A program made the translations under genes and the position numbers. A DNA stretch of 64,000 bases from contig OZ336872.1 in the NCBI GenBank assembly GCA_965287045.1, positions 123,070,001-123,134,000 of the forward strand. The letters are read 5' to 3'. Source of the DNA: Carcharhinus amblyrhynchos. Its lineage: Eukaryota. The notes below the pieces were generated by a model. It did no database searches. It worked only from the letters and a program-made list of their open reading frames with translations, and was not told where the DNA came from. Positions within the stretch are counted from its first letter, which is position 1. Each line of letters starts with the position of its first letter. Below, piece after piece: positions 51,795-64,000 of the stretch.

Positions 51795-52330
51795 TTAGCT
51801 TCCGGGATGTGGGTGTTGCTGGTTAGGACAGCATTTATTGCCAATCCTTAGCTGCCCTCAGGAAGGTAGTGCTAAGCTGCCTTCTTGAACTGTTGCTGTC
51901 ACTGCAGAGTAGATAGATCCCCAGTGTTATTAGACAAGGAGCTCCAGGATTTTATCCAGCAACAGTGAAGGAATGGTGATATATTTTTAAGTCAGGATGG
52001 TGAGTGATTTGGAGGGGAATTTCCAGGTGATGGTTTCTCAAGTATTTGCTGCTCTTGTTCTTCTAGATTGTGGGTTTGGAAGCTGATGCTCATGGAATCT
52101 TGGTGAGTTCCAACAGTACATCTATAGATGGCACACATTGTAACCACTGTTGTTTGGTGGTGGTGGGAGTGAATGTTTGCGGAAGGAGTACCAATTCAGG
52201 AGGTTGCTTGTGCTGGATGGTGTTGAGTTTCTTCAGTGTTGTAGGATCTGCAGTCATCCAAGCAAGTGGAGAGTATTCCATCACACTGATTTGTGCCTCT
52301 TAGATGGCAGACAGGCTTTGGGGAATCAGG
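51795..52330 (-). mobile_element. LINE 3' end (CR1/L2 group) sharing its tail with the second SINE family
   Basis: MMEYSPLAWMTADPTTLKKLNTIQ; tail GGGCAGCTAAGGATTGGCAATAAATGCTG...CCCACATCCC. Confidence 0.75.
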
Positions 52331-52807
52331 AGTTCTGCAATTCCCTCCCTAAATCTCTCTTTATTCTTTTAAACCATTTCTTAAAACCTATCTTGATGAT
52401 CGTCGAAAATATCGCCTTATGTAGCTAGGTGTCGAATTTTGTTTGTTAACACCCATGTCAAGTGATTTGGGGCTAAGTTATTCTCTTAAAGGTGCTACAG
52501 AAGTACATTCATTGTTGTCCTATAGCTGTATCAGTGAAGTGGAGAAGAGGAAGAAAGTTGGCAGTGGACTCAAGTTTGTAGATTACAATTCTATAATCCA
52601 AACTAATTTTTCATGAGTGCTATCTGCTATAATCAGCCAAACTGTAAAAATGTTCCAACACATCTAAATCAAATGCCAGCTACCTGTTTCTGAACAAAAG
52701 GAGTTCTCTGCAGTTAGGAGCACTGGATAAAAATGTGTGTGAAAGACGGGGACAGAGATCGAGTAGAAGGGGAAAATGTGAGAACTTAAGAGTATTTTTG
52801 CACTGAC

Positions 52808-52913
52808 CTTTTCATTGATTACCTCCCCAGTTTCATTGGGTTGTACTTTTGCACTACCTTTTACTGGCTTGCTCCATTCCACCAGTGGGTCATGCAGAAA
52901 GGTTTTCAAAACA
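52808..52913 (-). CDS. ATR: ATR exon (46 equivalent, 106 nt), PRD
   Basis: VLKTFLHDPLVEWSKPVKGSAKVQPNETGEVINEK; tag acceptor, GTCAGT donor. Confidence 0.96.
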
Positions 52914-53042
52914 CTAAGACAGTAAGGACAGCAACAAAACACTAAAAGTTAAAACAATCAATATTTATAATGAAACCTAATGCAAGTATATGTGAAATAA
53001 TTTGAACTATCACTTAAATTCATCTAAGAGCTGATGCTTTAC

Positions 53043-53194
53043 CTCATTAAAGGTTCTCGTTGATCACGCATTAACCTCAATGTCACTTCACAGGCTCGGC
53101 GAAACAAACCTTCTGTGCCCATTGGGCCCATGGCATGGACCATATTATGGGTTAGACGGAAAGGGACAACTTCTGGAACATCAAAAGTCTCCCC
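53043..53194 (-). CDS. ATR: ATR exon (45 equivalent, 152 nt)
   Basis: GETFDVPEVVPFRLTHNMVHAMGPMGTEGLFRRACEVTLRLMRDQREPLM; tag acceptor, GTAAAG donor. Confidence 0.96.
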
Positions 53195-53241
53195 CTAAGA
53201 AAGCGAGAAGATTCTTTTCAACCACAGAGCATTCACAAGCT

Positions 53242-53615
53242 GCTGCATTGCTCCAGTGAGCCCCGGCGCAAGCTGGAGGAGCAACATCTCATCTTCCGGT
53301 TGGGCAAGTTACAGCCCTTGAGACTCAAAGTTGAGTTCAGCAGCTTTAGATTGTAACCATTCTCCTCCATTTTAAACTCCTTTTTTCAAATATCCCATAC
53401 ATGTATTCCACCCTTCCCCATCCCACACCAGGCCATCCTTTATTCTTAAAACTACTACTTTTTGTTCCAATCTCTCATAGCTCCACTTTAATATCTATCT
53501 TGTTCTCTGTCTCTTCAGTTCTGACAAAGAGCCAAAAGACTTAAAATGTTAACTCAGTTTCTCTCCTTATAGATGCCTCCAGAGCTGTTGTGTTTTTCCA
53601 GCATCCCCTGTTCTA
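53242..53615 (+). mobile_element. Penelope-like element 3' fragment with a 12-bp TSD
   Basis: HCSSEPRRKLEEQHLIFRLGKLQPLRLKVEFSSFR (C-terminus of the PLE GIY-YIG endonuclease); CATTCACAAGCT at 53230-53241 and 53616-53627. Confidence 0.85.
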
Positions 53616-54112
53616 CATTCACAAGCTTTGTTTCTTTATGGTATAGTGTTCATTTTCTCAAAAGATTGCCGGGTATAAATGAGATGTTTTAGTTGACTAA
53701 GCGTAACAATTTAATAACTCAAAAAATGTGGCACAGACAAAGGCAATATGTAGGGTTTGTAAATCAATCCACTTTAAAACAACAATGGGAAACTGGTTTA
53801 GATATCAGAAATTTACTATGTAGAAAAGTGCTGTGAGTGTCATTCTAGACAAGAGCACCCTAAATCCTTTGGAGAGATGTGCCACAACTGTGAAATGGGC
53901 TGCACGTGATTTCAGCATCTCAGATATTGCGGCTGTATTGATAGCAGAACTGTCAGCATTAACTATCATTATCAACCATAAAATGGACAGAAATTATGAC
54001 ACCTGCACATGTGCAGCTAAATGTGGAAATCCAAAAGTTGCAAGCAATTCACTGATCCGCCATAGGATATGCTGAAGTCCCCGCAGATGGAAATCTTCCG
54101 AAATGACTTGAA

Positions 54113-54465
54113 TTTTTAAAACTTCATTCATGGGATATGGCCATTGCTGGCTGGCCAGCATTTATTTCCCCTTCTCGAGTTGTCCAAGGGCAGTTGAGAG
54201 TCAACCACATTGCTATGGCTATGGAATCACATGTCGGCCACACCGGGTAAGGATGGCAGATTTCGTTCCTTAAAGGACATTAGTGAATCAGATGGGCTTT
54301 TCTGGCAACGGTTTCATGGTCATCAGTAGATTCCTAAATGCAGATTTTTTTTATTGAATTCAAATTCCACCATCTGCCGTGGTGAGATTTGACCTCGAGT
54401 CCCCAGAATGTTAGCTGAGTTTCTGCATTAATAGTCCAGTGATAATACCACTCGGCCATCGCCCA
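54113..54465 (-). mobile_element. Second tRNA-headed SINE family
   Basis: Highly similar to 46080-46413. Confidence 0.8.
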
Positions 54466-55887
54466 GCCAGTACTACAATTGATGTGAACTTCAATTTTTA
54501 TGCTATTGGTCTCACTGAGAAAACTGTACAAAAAGTAACATCTTGTTAGTAACAAAACTTCCCAAATTTGTAAAAGAAATTAAGTTGATGATATTACAGC
54601 TTCTACCTTTATCCAAAATATATATGTCCCAATCTTTATTTTGCCATCTGTAAAGCGATTGGCTGTGAAAGATAATCAAATACTTTTTTTTTAAACTTTT
54701 TGGTTTGGGGACTGAGAGAATTCTTTGATGCGATTGGCTGCTTAGTTTGCTTGATTACATCGCCTTGCTGGAAATTGGGAAATTTCCTGGAAGTGTGGCA
54801 AATCAACGTAATGTCAAGAAAGGAGAAATCCGTGCCAGAGAGATCAGTAGATCTTTGTATGCAAATTTCTGAGAGGTCAGCAGCAAGCATCATCACTGAC
54901 TGTGAAATCCATGCCAATCACTTTTTAAACAACAGCAAAACTGTGCAAATTTATAGTACCTTTAATGTAAAACACACATCTCAAAGCATGTCATAGGAGC
55001 ATTATCAAAAAAGTGGACGCCAAGTCAGATATTCAGACAGCTGATCATGGAACAAAGGCCAGGTAGAATCATGCTTTACTCTTAATTTATTTTGCATTTC
55101 TTAAGTCCCTTGTCTACATTTCTACCAGATCAGATTTTGAGACATTACTAATGCAGAAACACATTGCTAAACAATGCCAGTAAAATTCAATGTGTAATTT
55201 ATCCACCAAAACGGCACTAAGTGAAAGGACAGCCAAGTCAAAACCTTTCAAACCCTTTTTAAACCCTCGCTCATCCACAATATTCCACAATGCCTCTATG
55301 CACCTCAAAGGTAGGTTAACTGTAGATCTACTGAGCTTTGTGGTGTGGATTTTCCCTATGTCGATGGCAGGACTTCCACGGGATTTCCAAATTTCCAGCA
55401 ATTTCCGGCCAATCACATCAAAGAATTCTCACAGTCAGCAAACCAGAAGGTAAAAAAATCCACTTAATTATCCTTCATTTTCAATCATTTTACAGATAGC
55501 GAAATAAAGATTTGGATATATAGGGATAAAGATAGAAGCTGAAGTATCAACAACTTAATTTTTTTTACAAATTTAGGAAGTTGTGTTATGGTATTCGAGA
55601 TACAGTTAGCTTCTCAGTATTCGAGCTCAGCAGTAATTTTGAATTTCGTACACCATTAAAAATCCAGTTACATTTCAATTAACAGGGCGTTATTTTTTGT
55701 ATAGTTTTCTCAGCCAGACCAATAGCAAAAAAATTGAAGTAAAGACTAGTAAGCTTGACCCCACCCATGGGTCACCGATACCTGAAACTGAAATTTTGCT
55801 GAGAAAACTGCAAAGTTGCTCAGTGACAGAATCTTTAGCTTTTTAACATTAGAAATGGGATATAAAGTACACTGTATGCTTTCACTA

Positions 55888-56085
<198 letters not shown>

Positions 56086-56529
56086 TTAGAGGATTGAAGT
56101 TTCAGAATAACACAGCTATTAGAAAGCATTATGGTCAGCTATATACATGGCACAAGTTAGAATTAAAAACATAAAAATGTTAATTATTAACTTCATAGCC
56201 TTAATAATTTAAATGGGAATTAGTCATTTTTGTGGCTATCTAATCAAATGAGCAGTTATCCCATCACTCTCACTGAAAACATACAGTAGTTAATCAATTG
56301 TTTATGACCTTAGCCTTGCTGTCTTAACCTTTGCCTTTATCGTGATTGACTCTTAAATATAAGCTAACAATTACTCAGACTTCGATAGTAACCAAATGAT
56401 GTTCACACTATATGCCTATTCCCCTTTATCAACCCAAACCTATCTACTGCCCCAAATGCACTAGAAACGGGGGTAAAACATTGCTAAACAAATAACCTGA
56501 AACCCTTAACATTGTATTTAGGAACTGAC

Positions 56530-56686
56530 CATGAAGTTGGATCAGGAAAAGTCCGAAGGAACCATTCATGAAAGACAGCAGGGTGACGTGGCAAAAGTTG
56601 CTGTTGAAAGACAGATAATTTTTCCTCCAAAGGTGCTTGCTTAGGCAGCATGCACTGACGCAACTCTTTACCAATCATGTAAACTC
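56530..56686 (-). CDS. ATR: ATR exon (43 equivalent, 157 nt)
   Basis: VYMIGKELRQCMLPKQAPLEEK...FHEWFLRTFPDPTS; cag acceptor, GTCAGT donor. Confidence 0.95.
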
Positions 56687-56799
56687 CTGTAACAAACCAC
56701 AAATAAAACTTACCATACCAGGAGCAAAATCAAACCTAAATCCAATGTTCAGCATTTGTACTTTAATGAGGTTAGCATTATATTTGAAGAGATATTTAA

Positions 56800-57150
56800 G
56801 ACCATAAGACATAGGAGTAAAAGTAGATCATTTAGCCGAATGAATCTGCTCTGCCATTCAATGAGATCATGACTGATGTGAAATGATCATTCTCAACTCC
56901 ACTTTCGCCCTTATCTCCATATCCCTCGATTCCCTTACTGATCAAAACTCTGTCTATCGATCTAATAACCCACCCTCTGTGGTAAAGAATTCCACAGATT
57001 CACTTCCCTCTGAGTGAAGAAATTCTTACTTATTTTTGTTTTAAATGGGCAGCTCCTTACTCTGAGATTAAGCCCTTTGGTTCTAGACTCTCCAATAGGG
57101 CAAAATGACCTCTCAGCATCTACCCTTGTCAAGCCCCGAGAATCAAATAT
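56800..57150 (-). mobile_element. Older CR1 3' fragment
   Basis: ccataagacataggagtaaaagtagatcatt... gaattccacagattcac. Similar decayed CR1 tails at about 5840, 26490, 30000, 32655, 58380, 61820 and 63970 (minus) and 20700 and 41880 (plus). Confidence 0.75.
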
Positions 57151-57583
57151 GCCTCAGTAATGTTTAGTTATTGTTAGGAACATTGTTGAATATGATCACT
57201 GAAATTGTCTTAAAATTGATGTTTAACTAATTAAAAACTAGATTAACCTGTCAGGGTGACGTCACATTTCCATGCATGCTTCAGTTTTTCAGTCAAATAG
57301 TTCAGTCAATTAAGGCAGGTGAAGGACAGGAAAGGAATGGTGAGGGAAAGACTGGTATTGGCATTGATTCATCCGCTTAACCAGCAGATCATAGAACTAC
57401 ACTGTCAGAACTCTGCAGAGCAAGTTGTCGGAAAGCGAATGTGAAATCAAGGGGAGACCAGTGGTGAAAAATATTAAGTAATTCAAAATCTTTCAATTCC
57501 ACAGTTTTGCACTGACAGATGATCAGATGCAAGTATAATCCTCACCTTTTGAAAGAAGTTAAGTCTACACATATACAAGTCTA

Positions 57584-57920
57584 CACAGTGGTTAGCATTG
57601 CTGCCCCACAGTGCCTGGGACACAGCTTCAGTTCCAGCCTTGTGTGACTGTGTAGAATTTGCACATCCTCCCAGTGTGGGTTTCCTCCGGGTGCTCTGGT
57701 TTCCTCCCGCAGTCCAAAGATGTTCAGGTTAGGTGGATTGGCCATGCGAAATTGCCCCTTAATGTCCCATGATGTGCAGGTTAGGGGGATTATTGGGGTA
57801 AATACTTGGGTTTACGGGGAACAGATCAGGGGCTGCAAGGATAGGGCCTGGTTGGGATTGTTGTTGATGCAGACTCGATGGGCTGATTGGCCTCCTTCTG
57901 CACTGTAGAGATTCTATGAT
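57584..57920 (+). mobile_element. V-SINE (HE1-like)
   Basis: Homologous to 61013-61350. Confidence 0.85.
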
Positions 57921-58961
57921 ATAAATAGGAATTGATGTCACCCAATGGCAGGAGTTGCAATTATGTGATCATTTTCCTCTGGAAGATTCATGCCCTGAGC
58001 TGATACTTAAGCTATGATATTCTCCCACTCCTTCCAAACCTTGTCCTAAACCGCATTCTTCAATTTCTGACCAAGGCAGCAATCTTCAGGACAACAAATC
58101 ACAACTGGTTTTGTTGGCACGGTTGACAACACTGGTTAAAGCTAGTCTGTAATTTAACAGAGTGTGGAAAAGAAAGGAGGGCTGGTTAAAAAAGTAGATT
58201 TTGGAACTGAACACTGAGAATGGAGACAACATGATAGGTTTGGTTCATTTAACATAATATACTGTGATGGTAATACAGATAATGTTAAACAAAATGTAGT
58301 CACAATTCTGAAAAAGATGTGTATAAAAGAGATAGGTTGACAATCAAACACATTAGACACATAATTACACACCAACCATATAGATTCATAGAATGATAAT
58401 ACACTGCAAAAGCAAATCAGTTCATCATGCCTGTGCTAGTTCATTCAAGAAGCTATTCAATTAGCCCCCCTATCCTGTCTTTTCCCATACCCATGCAAAC
58501 TTTTCCCCTTCAAGTATTCATCCCACTCCCTTTTGAAAATTATTGTTGAAACAGCTTATTCCAGCTTTTCAGGCAGGGCATTACCAATCAGGGAAAGCAA
58601 ACTCCATAAAACAACTTTCTTCCTGGCACTCATTGTTTTTCTAATTATCTTAAATCCACGTCCAAATTAATGGCTCTAATGTCACTGACAATAGTTTCTC
58701 CTTACTTACTCCAGCAAAGTTATTCATGATTTTGAACATCTCTATTAAATCTTCATTCGTGTTCTAAGGAGACCTAGATTCTCTCTCTCTCTCTCCTTAA
58801 TTGAAGTGCCATTCTCAACACTCTGAAGTCTTGACATCTTTCCTAAAGTGTGATGCTCATAACTAGACACAACACTCTGGTTGGTGCCAGTATTTTATAG
58901 AAATTCAGCATTTTTGTACTCTGTGCCTCTGTTTTCAAGCCAAGGATGCCACCATATGTTT

Positions 58962-59290
58962 GGAGAGACGATGGCATAGTGCTAATGTCACTGGGCTGGT
59001 AATACAGAGAGCCAGGCTAATGCTCTGGGGGACACAGGTTCAAATCACAGCAGCTGATAGAATTTGAAGCAAATTAATCAAATCAGGAATCTGGTCATAA
59101 AAGATCATTTGGTTCACTAATGCCCTTTAGGAAAGGATATCTACCATCCTTACCTGATCTGGCCAACATATGACTCTAGATCAACAGTAATGCAGTTAAC
59201 TCCTACCTTCTGAAATGGTCTAGCTGGCCACTCAGTTCAAGGGTAATTAGGGATGGGCAACAAATACTGGCCGTGCCACGTTACATAAAT
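58962..59290 (+). mobile_element. Second tRNA-headed SINE family
   Basis: Same head, core and tail as the 38128 copy. Confidence 0.78.
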
Positions 59291-59533
59291 TTCAAAACGT
59301 TATTTTTAACTGAATTCCTGTTCCCCCCTTTAAAATTCTACTATGTAGTTTAAATTGCCACTAAATTGCCCTTTGTAGTAAAACTAATCTTAATATACAA
59401 AGCATATAATTTGTAATGTGTATATTGTATTCTCCAAGTATCATAGCACATTTGGATTACAATTTATCAACGATAACAGTTTCTATTTATTGAAACTTCA
59501 ACAACATGCAGTGATTTTATGTACAATCCTTGC

Positions 59534-59684
59534 CTTTCTCTTTGTACAGCTTATTCAGAATGTGTCTTAAGCCAGCAGTGTTGTTAACCCACTCAACCAG
59601 ACCACATTCTTCATTCAGAGGAATGACTGCATACGTTCTGATGTGAAGCTCTCTCCTGCGAGACTCTGCATCTTTTCTTAAACA
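59534..59684 (-). CDS. ATR: ATR exon (42 equivalent, 151 nt) with GC donor
   Basis: CLRKDAESRRRELHIRTYAVIPLNEECGLVEWVNNTAGLRHILNKLYKEK; donor AAG|GCAAGG. Confidence 0.93.
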
Positions 59685-59774
59685 CTGTCAAACATCAAAA
59701 TGCCCAGAAAGCTCATTAATCAATGAAATACAAACAATAATATAGTTATTATAAGATTCAACAAAGAAGATGAC

Positions 59775-60150
59775 AGATCATTTCACTGCAAAAGTAATCC
59801 TGAAACCCAGGCTAATGGTCTGGGGATATGGGTTCAAATCCCACCAAGGTAGATGGTGGAATTTAATCATGAATAAAGCCTGGAATTAAAATCTAGCCTC
59901 AGTAATGATGACCCTGCCAACTCTCATCAGTTGCTGTAAAAACCCATCCAATTCACTAATGTCGTTTAGGAAAGGAAATCTGCCACCTTTACTTGACCTG
60001 ATTACATGTGACTCCAAGCCCACACCAATGTGGTTGACTCTTAACCATCCCCTGAAATGACCTAGCAAGCCAGTCAGTTCAAGGGGAATTAGGGATGAGC
60101 AACAAATGCTGGCCTTGCCAGCGACACACACATCTGTGAAAGAATAGAAG
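59775..60150 (+). mobile_element. Second tRNA-headed SINE family
   Basis: GGGTTCAAATCCC B-box; same core and tail. Confidence 0.78.
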
Positions 60151-61012
60151 AGAAAAAAGACCATAGTCGTTCAGCCTGCTACTATTGAAACCATAGACTG
60201 CAGCAGTTTCAAAATCAAAGGTAGCAATTTTCAACTTTGCTGTGTCAGGGCCTCTGTTGAACTACTCAGTACTCCTGGTGACTGTCAACTCAACAACTGA
60301 ACTAAAGGAAAACAGTGCCAAACATATGGAGAGCATACTTTTAAAAGTAAATTCATACACAGCAGCAGAAGTAACATACTTGAAAGTTAACAAATACAGA
60401 ATCTGATGACCTTGAGGATACCAGTGCGTAAACCTATGGAAAACAGTATACAATACAGTAGTTTGGTCCATGTGCAGTTTACTCTTCCATGTGCTCAGCC
60501 CATTTTATTAAATTTCCAGGAATTAACCAAAAATTAATAAGCTGTCCAAGAAAACAGTCTCTCCTTTAACCATCCCACCCAAGATAACATAACAAAGCCC
60601 TAGCAAATTGACCTAACATTATAACCCTGACCAGTTACATTCAACAGTTAACACCTTCAGCTAATCCCAAGTAAGATCTAAGCAGCAAGCCGGGGTAGGG
60701 AAGCAGGCAATTTATTTATGTAAATATGGAAGATTTTGAAGGCTTTTGGGTTTACATAAACCAACTTACACAGAACATGGGTATCATTTGAAAAAAAGCT
60801 ATGTATGTTACAAAATTCAGTGTATTACATGCCCAAACTACAAACCACATCCCCATTGGTAAACACACAGTAATTCACAAAAAATAAGGGTTAGCCCATT
60901 TTATTTGAATAGCTCCAGAGCTCACGTACTATCCATATAAAGAATTTGCTAAACACTGCATGGAGATATAATTTATCGTCTGAACACTTAACATAACTTC
61001 CATATTCCATTT

Positions 61013-61350
61013 GGGGCAGCACGGTGGCATTGAGATGGCAGAGGGGTTAGCCCTGCTGCCTCACAGCACCAGGGACCCGAGTTCAATTCCCACCTCGGGT
61101 CACTGCCTGTGTGGAGTCTGCACATTCTCCCATGTCTGCGTGGGTCTCCTCCGGGTGCTCCAGTTTCCTCCCACACTCCAAACATGTGCAGGTTAGGTTG
61201 ATTGGCCATGCTAAATTGACACTAGTGTCAGGGGGATTAACAAGGTAAATGTGTGGGGTTATGGGAGGCCTGGGTGGGTTTGTGGTCAGTGCAGATCTGA
61301 TGGGCAAAATGGCCTCCTTCTGCACTGTAGGGCTTCTATGTGATTCTATG
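61013..61350 (+). mobile_element. tRNA-derived V-SINE (HE1-like)
   Basis: Pol III A/B-box head (GGTTAGC..., GAGTTCAATTCC), V-domain GGGTGCTCCAGTTTCCTCCCACACTCCAAACATGTGCAGGTTAGG, CR1-type tail TTCTATG. Confidence 0.85.
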
Positions 61351-61444
61351 GAATCTCATAGAAATTGTAAAATCTGTGCATTAATTTAAACATACAACTT
61401 ATTTCAACTTTCGAATGACCATGTCAGCTTTTCAAATACTACAC

Positions 61445-61588
61445 CTTATTAATTAATGAGTTAAATTCCATGAGTCGACAATCCTTCCTCAAGTCATCTT
61501 TGGGTTTACACATCATGATATAGGATTTTCCATCCGAACCCTTCAGGTTGATTTTCTTTGGCTTCTGAAGTGAGGCTAAAATCTCCAC
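61445..61588 (-). CDS. ATR: ATR exon (41 equivalent, 144 nt), kinase N-lobe
   Basis: VEILASLQKPKKINLKGSDGKSYIMMCKPKDDLRKDCRLMEFNSLINK; cag acceptor, GTGTAG donor. Confidence 0.95.
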
Positions 61589-63594
61589 CTGACACAAAGG
61601 AAGACGAAAACATCTGGATGCACTGTATTAAAATTCCAAAAGTTCATAAAACAAGTAATATAATACAATGGAGTCACTGTACATCAAATGTTGTTACATG
61701 AAAAACTTTCAGCTACCAAAGTTTTGATAGATTTCTGAGGTTGTAGGTTCTAAAGACCCACCCAATCCCCCCTCTTGAACAAATATTATGGACACTTTTC
61801 CCAACATTTACAGAGATTTACAGAAAGTCTACAGCATAGGAATAGATAATTTGGCCCAACAGTTCTATGCTGGTGTTTATCCTCAATACAAGCCTCCTCC
61901 CAGCACGTTTCATCTACCCTTCGACATTACCTTCTGTTTCTCCCTCCTTCCTGTGTTTATCTAGCTGCCTTTTAAACATAACAACACTATTTGTCTCAAC
62001 TACTACTTTGGTAGCAAAATCCACATTTGGTTAAACAGGTTCTTCTGAGTTCTCTTAACGGATTTTTTGTTTTGCTGGCTATCCCCTAAAATCAGAAAAT
62101 ATCTTATCATACCCATTCATAATAGTAAAGATCTCTATTAGCTTATCCTGAGCTTTTACTTTTCTAGAGAAAAGTGTTCCAGGCTAATCACCCTTTCCTG
62201 ATAAATATATACACTCGTTCTGATATCATTTTTATGAATCTTTTAGCATCTTCTGCGATGCCTCAATATCAGTTGTTGTTCAGATTCCTTTTTTATTCAG
62301 ATTCCTTTTTTGTTTGGTATTTTTTAAAATCTGGTTACATCTCTCCAAAGCGCCCAGGGAAATTTTAATTTGGTTAAACGTAGTATGTAAATGTGATTTT
62401 GTTGTTGAATTCAATTTATCACAATAACTTGCATTTACATATCATATTTAACTAAGCTTCCATTAATTCTTCTAGCTCGTGAGCTGAAATGGAAGATGTG
62501 CCAGTGTGGGAATAAAGCCAGAAGACAGAAAAATCCGGAGAAGTGGCGCAGACATTGAAGAGAAAAGCATTGAAGACATTTTTGAAGATAGTTGTACTAA
62601 GAGGGGCCTGGAAAGTAAATTCCAAGTGCAGAAGTGGTAGTCATAGTCTCCTTTTACATGTTTACAATAAAAAATCTTGATAGATCAATTATGTTTTGGC
62701 TACACTTCCTGCCTTACTTTATGAGCAGAAAAACCAAGCCAAAGGTTAGTATATGCAGTGTCATGCTGCCAGGAGAAAATAATATTTTGTGGAGGTTACT
62801 GCAAGAAAGATTAGTGCTACTTAATTGATGTAGAGCACATATGAGACTTATTTCCCAATCGGATCCTAGTTGTAGAATGCACCCAATCCAATCAAGAGTT
62901 TGCACCAACATCATAGCAACCATAACAGAAGAGAGACGTGGGAAAGTGAAAAATGTAGCAACTGCCACCATGTCAGCTTGTGATTATATGGCTGAAAGAT
63001 GAGACTCAATGTAAAATTAATTTTAGGCTCAAGAAGCATTACAATTTCCATAGCTGATAGTCACACTCAAATGGAAAGGAAAACAAACAACGCTTTGCTT
63101 TTGTGAAAAACAACTTAATCTCAAACCTTGAGATCTGCACAAGTTTACAGATGGCAACGACGGGCTTCACAACTTGAAGAGATGAAATGGGTTTTCAATG
63201 AATGACAGTAAAGCCAACATTGTCACAAACACTACAACTGACATTTCTGTCAAATTGAGCATTGTATTATATGTTTACAAGTAAAAGATGCTTTTAATAT
63301 AGATGAGAATGGTCTACTTTACCAACTGCTCTCAAATGAAAGGCTTAAAAAGGACAAATGTGTGAAACAGCTATTTTTCAAGAATGTGCAAGGCACCAGT
63401 GACATCAAACAGCAACAATAAGCGACGGAGATGATATAACTTTTCAGAGAGAATCTGGGATTGCAATAAGTTTGTTGAAATACAGACATACCTGTGCAGC
63501 TTTTTGGCATGCTGGAGCAATAAATACAGTCAGTATGAGGGCTAACATTGCGAAACTACAGCAAATAAAATATAATCATAATTTGACACGTTAC

Positions 63595-63795
63595 CATGTC
63601 ATCAAAACCAGCAATGTAGGCCCAGTGACCAGGGAAAGGGTCATGGTTCGCATGAGTGCCTGCAGTAGATGGCAGAGTGGGAGTCATCACGGATTGCAAA
63701 GGAATGAGGATTTCACTGAATGCAGGCTCTTCCACCAGCCGTTTCAGCAATTTGAAGTGAACGCTCATGCTCAAAGTTGTGGTATTTCCGTCCAC
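63595..63795 (-). CDS. ATR: ATR serine/threonine kinase, 8th-last exon (human exon 40 equivalent, 201 nt)
   Basis: VDGNTTTLSMSVHFKLLKRLVEE...PFPGHWAYIAGFDDM; tag acceptor, GTAACG donor. Confidence 0.95.
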
Positions 63796-64000
63796 CTACA
63801 AACAGAAACATTGGTTAAGAGAGGATAAAAAAATTGTTTTCACAGTCTTGAACATTGTGTGACCTTAAAAATGTGAACCTTTTAATCACTCAGTAAAAAA
63901 GTTCTAACTTGAGCAAATTTAGAAGTTACAATGTCAACAAACAATATTAAATGTTAAAGATTAAAATTTAGAACATAGGCACAGGAGTAGGCCATTTAAT

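Noticed and set aside
61013-61100. tRNA genes at the A/B-box motifs (also ~38140, 57584, 59830)
   Set aside because: They are SINE heads that continue into SINE core and tail sequence, with no complete cloverleaf

Overview
AT-rich vertebrate genomic DNA. The repeat content (HE1-like V-SINEs, CR1, Rex/Babar, Penelope, L2, RTE) points to a cartilaginous fish, probably a shark; that assignment is inferred. Two minus-strand genes lie head-to-tail. The first is the 3' end of ATR: the last 8 exons, covering the kinase domain, PRD and FATC, with the stop at 51027 and a likely poly(A) signal near 49725. The second is the 5' half of XRN1: ATG at 40689 and 20 coding exons reconstructed with consistent phases (2369 nt, about 790 aa), continuing off the left edge. 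The order matches human 3q23. Introns and the intergenic gap are full of retroelement fragments. Main points of interest: (1) Penelope-derived repeats with hammerhead-ribozyme cores, foldback structure and long TSDs; (2) a short element headed by a U2 snRNA fragment; (3) a young CR1 with an uninterrupted RT ORF whose 5' end abuts the XRN1 exon-20 donor; (4) a required GC-AG intron in ATR; (5) two G-rich minisatellites flanking XRN1 exon 1. No CRISPR or prokaryotic system is present, and I found no clearly new gene. Exon boundaries were read by hand; repeat boundaries are approximate, and homologue comparisons come from memory rather than database searches.
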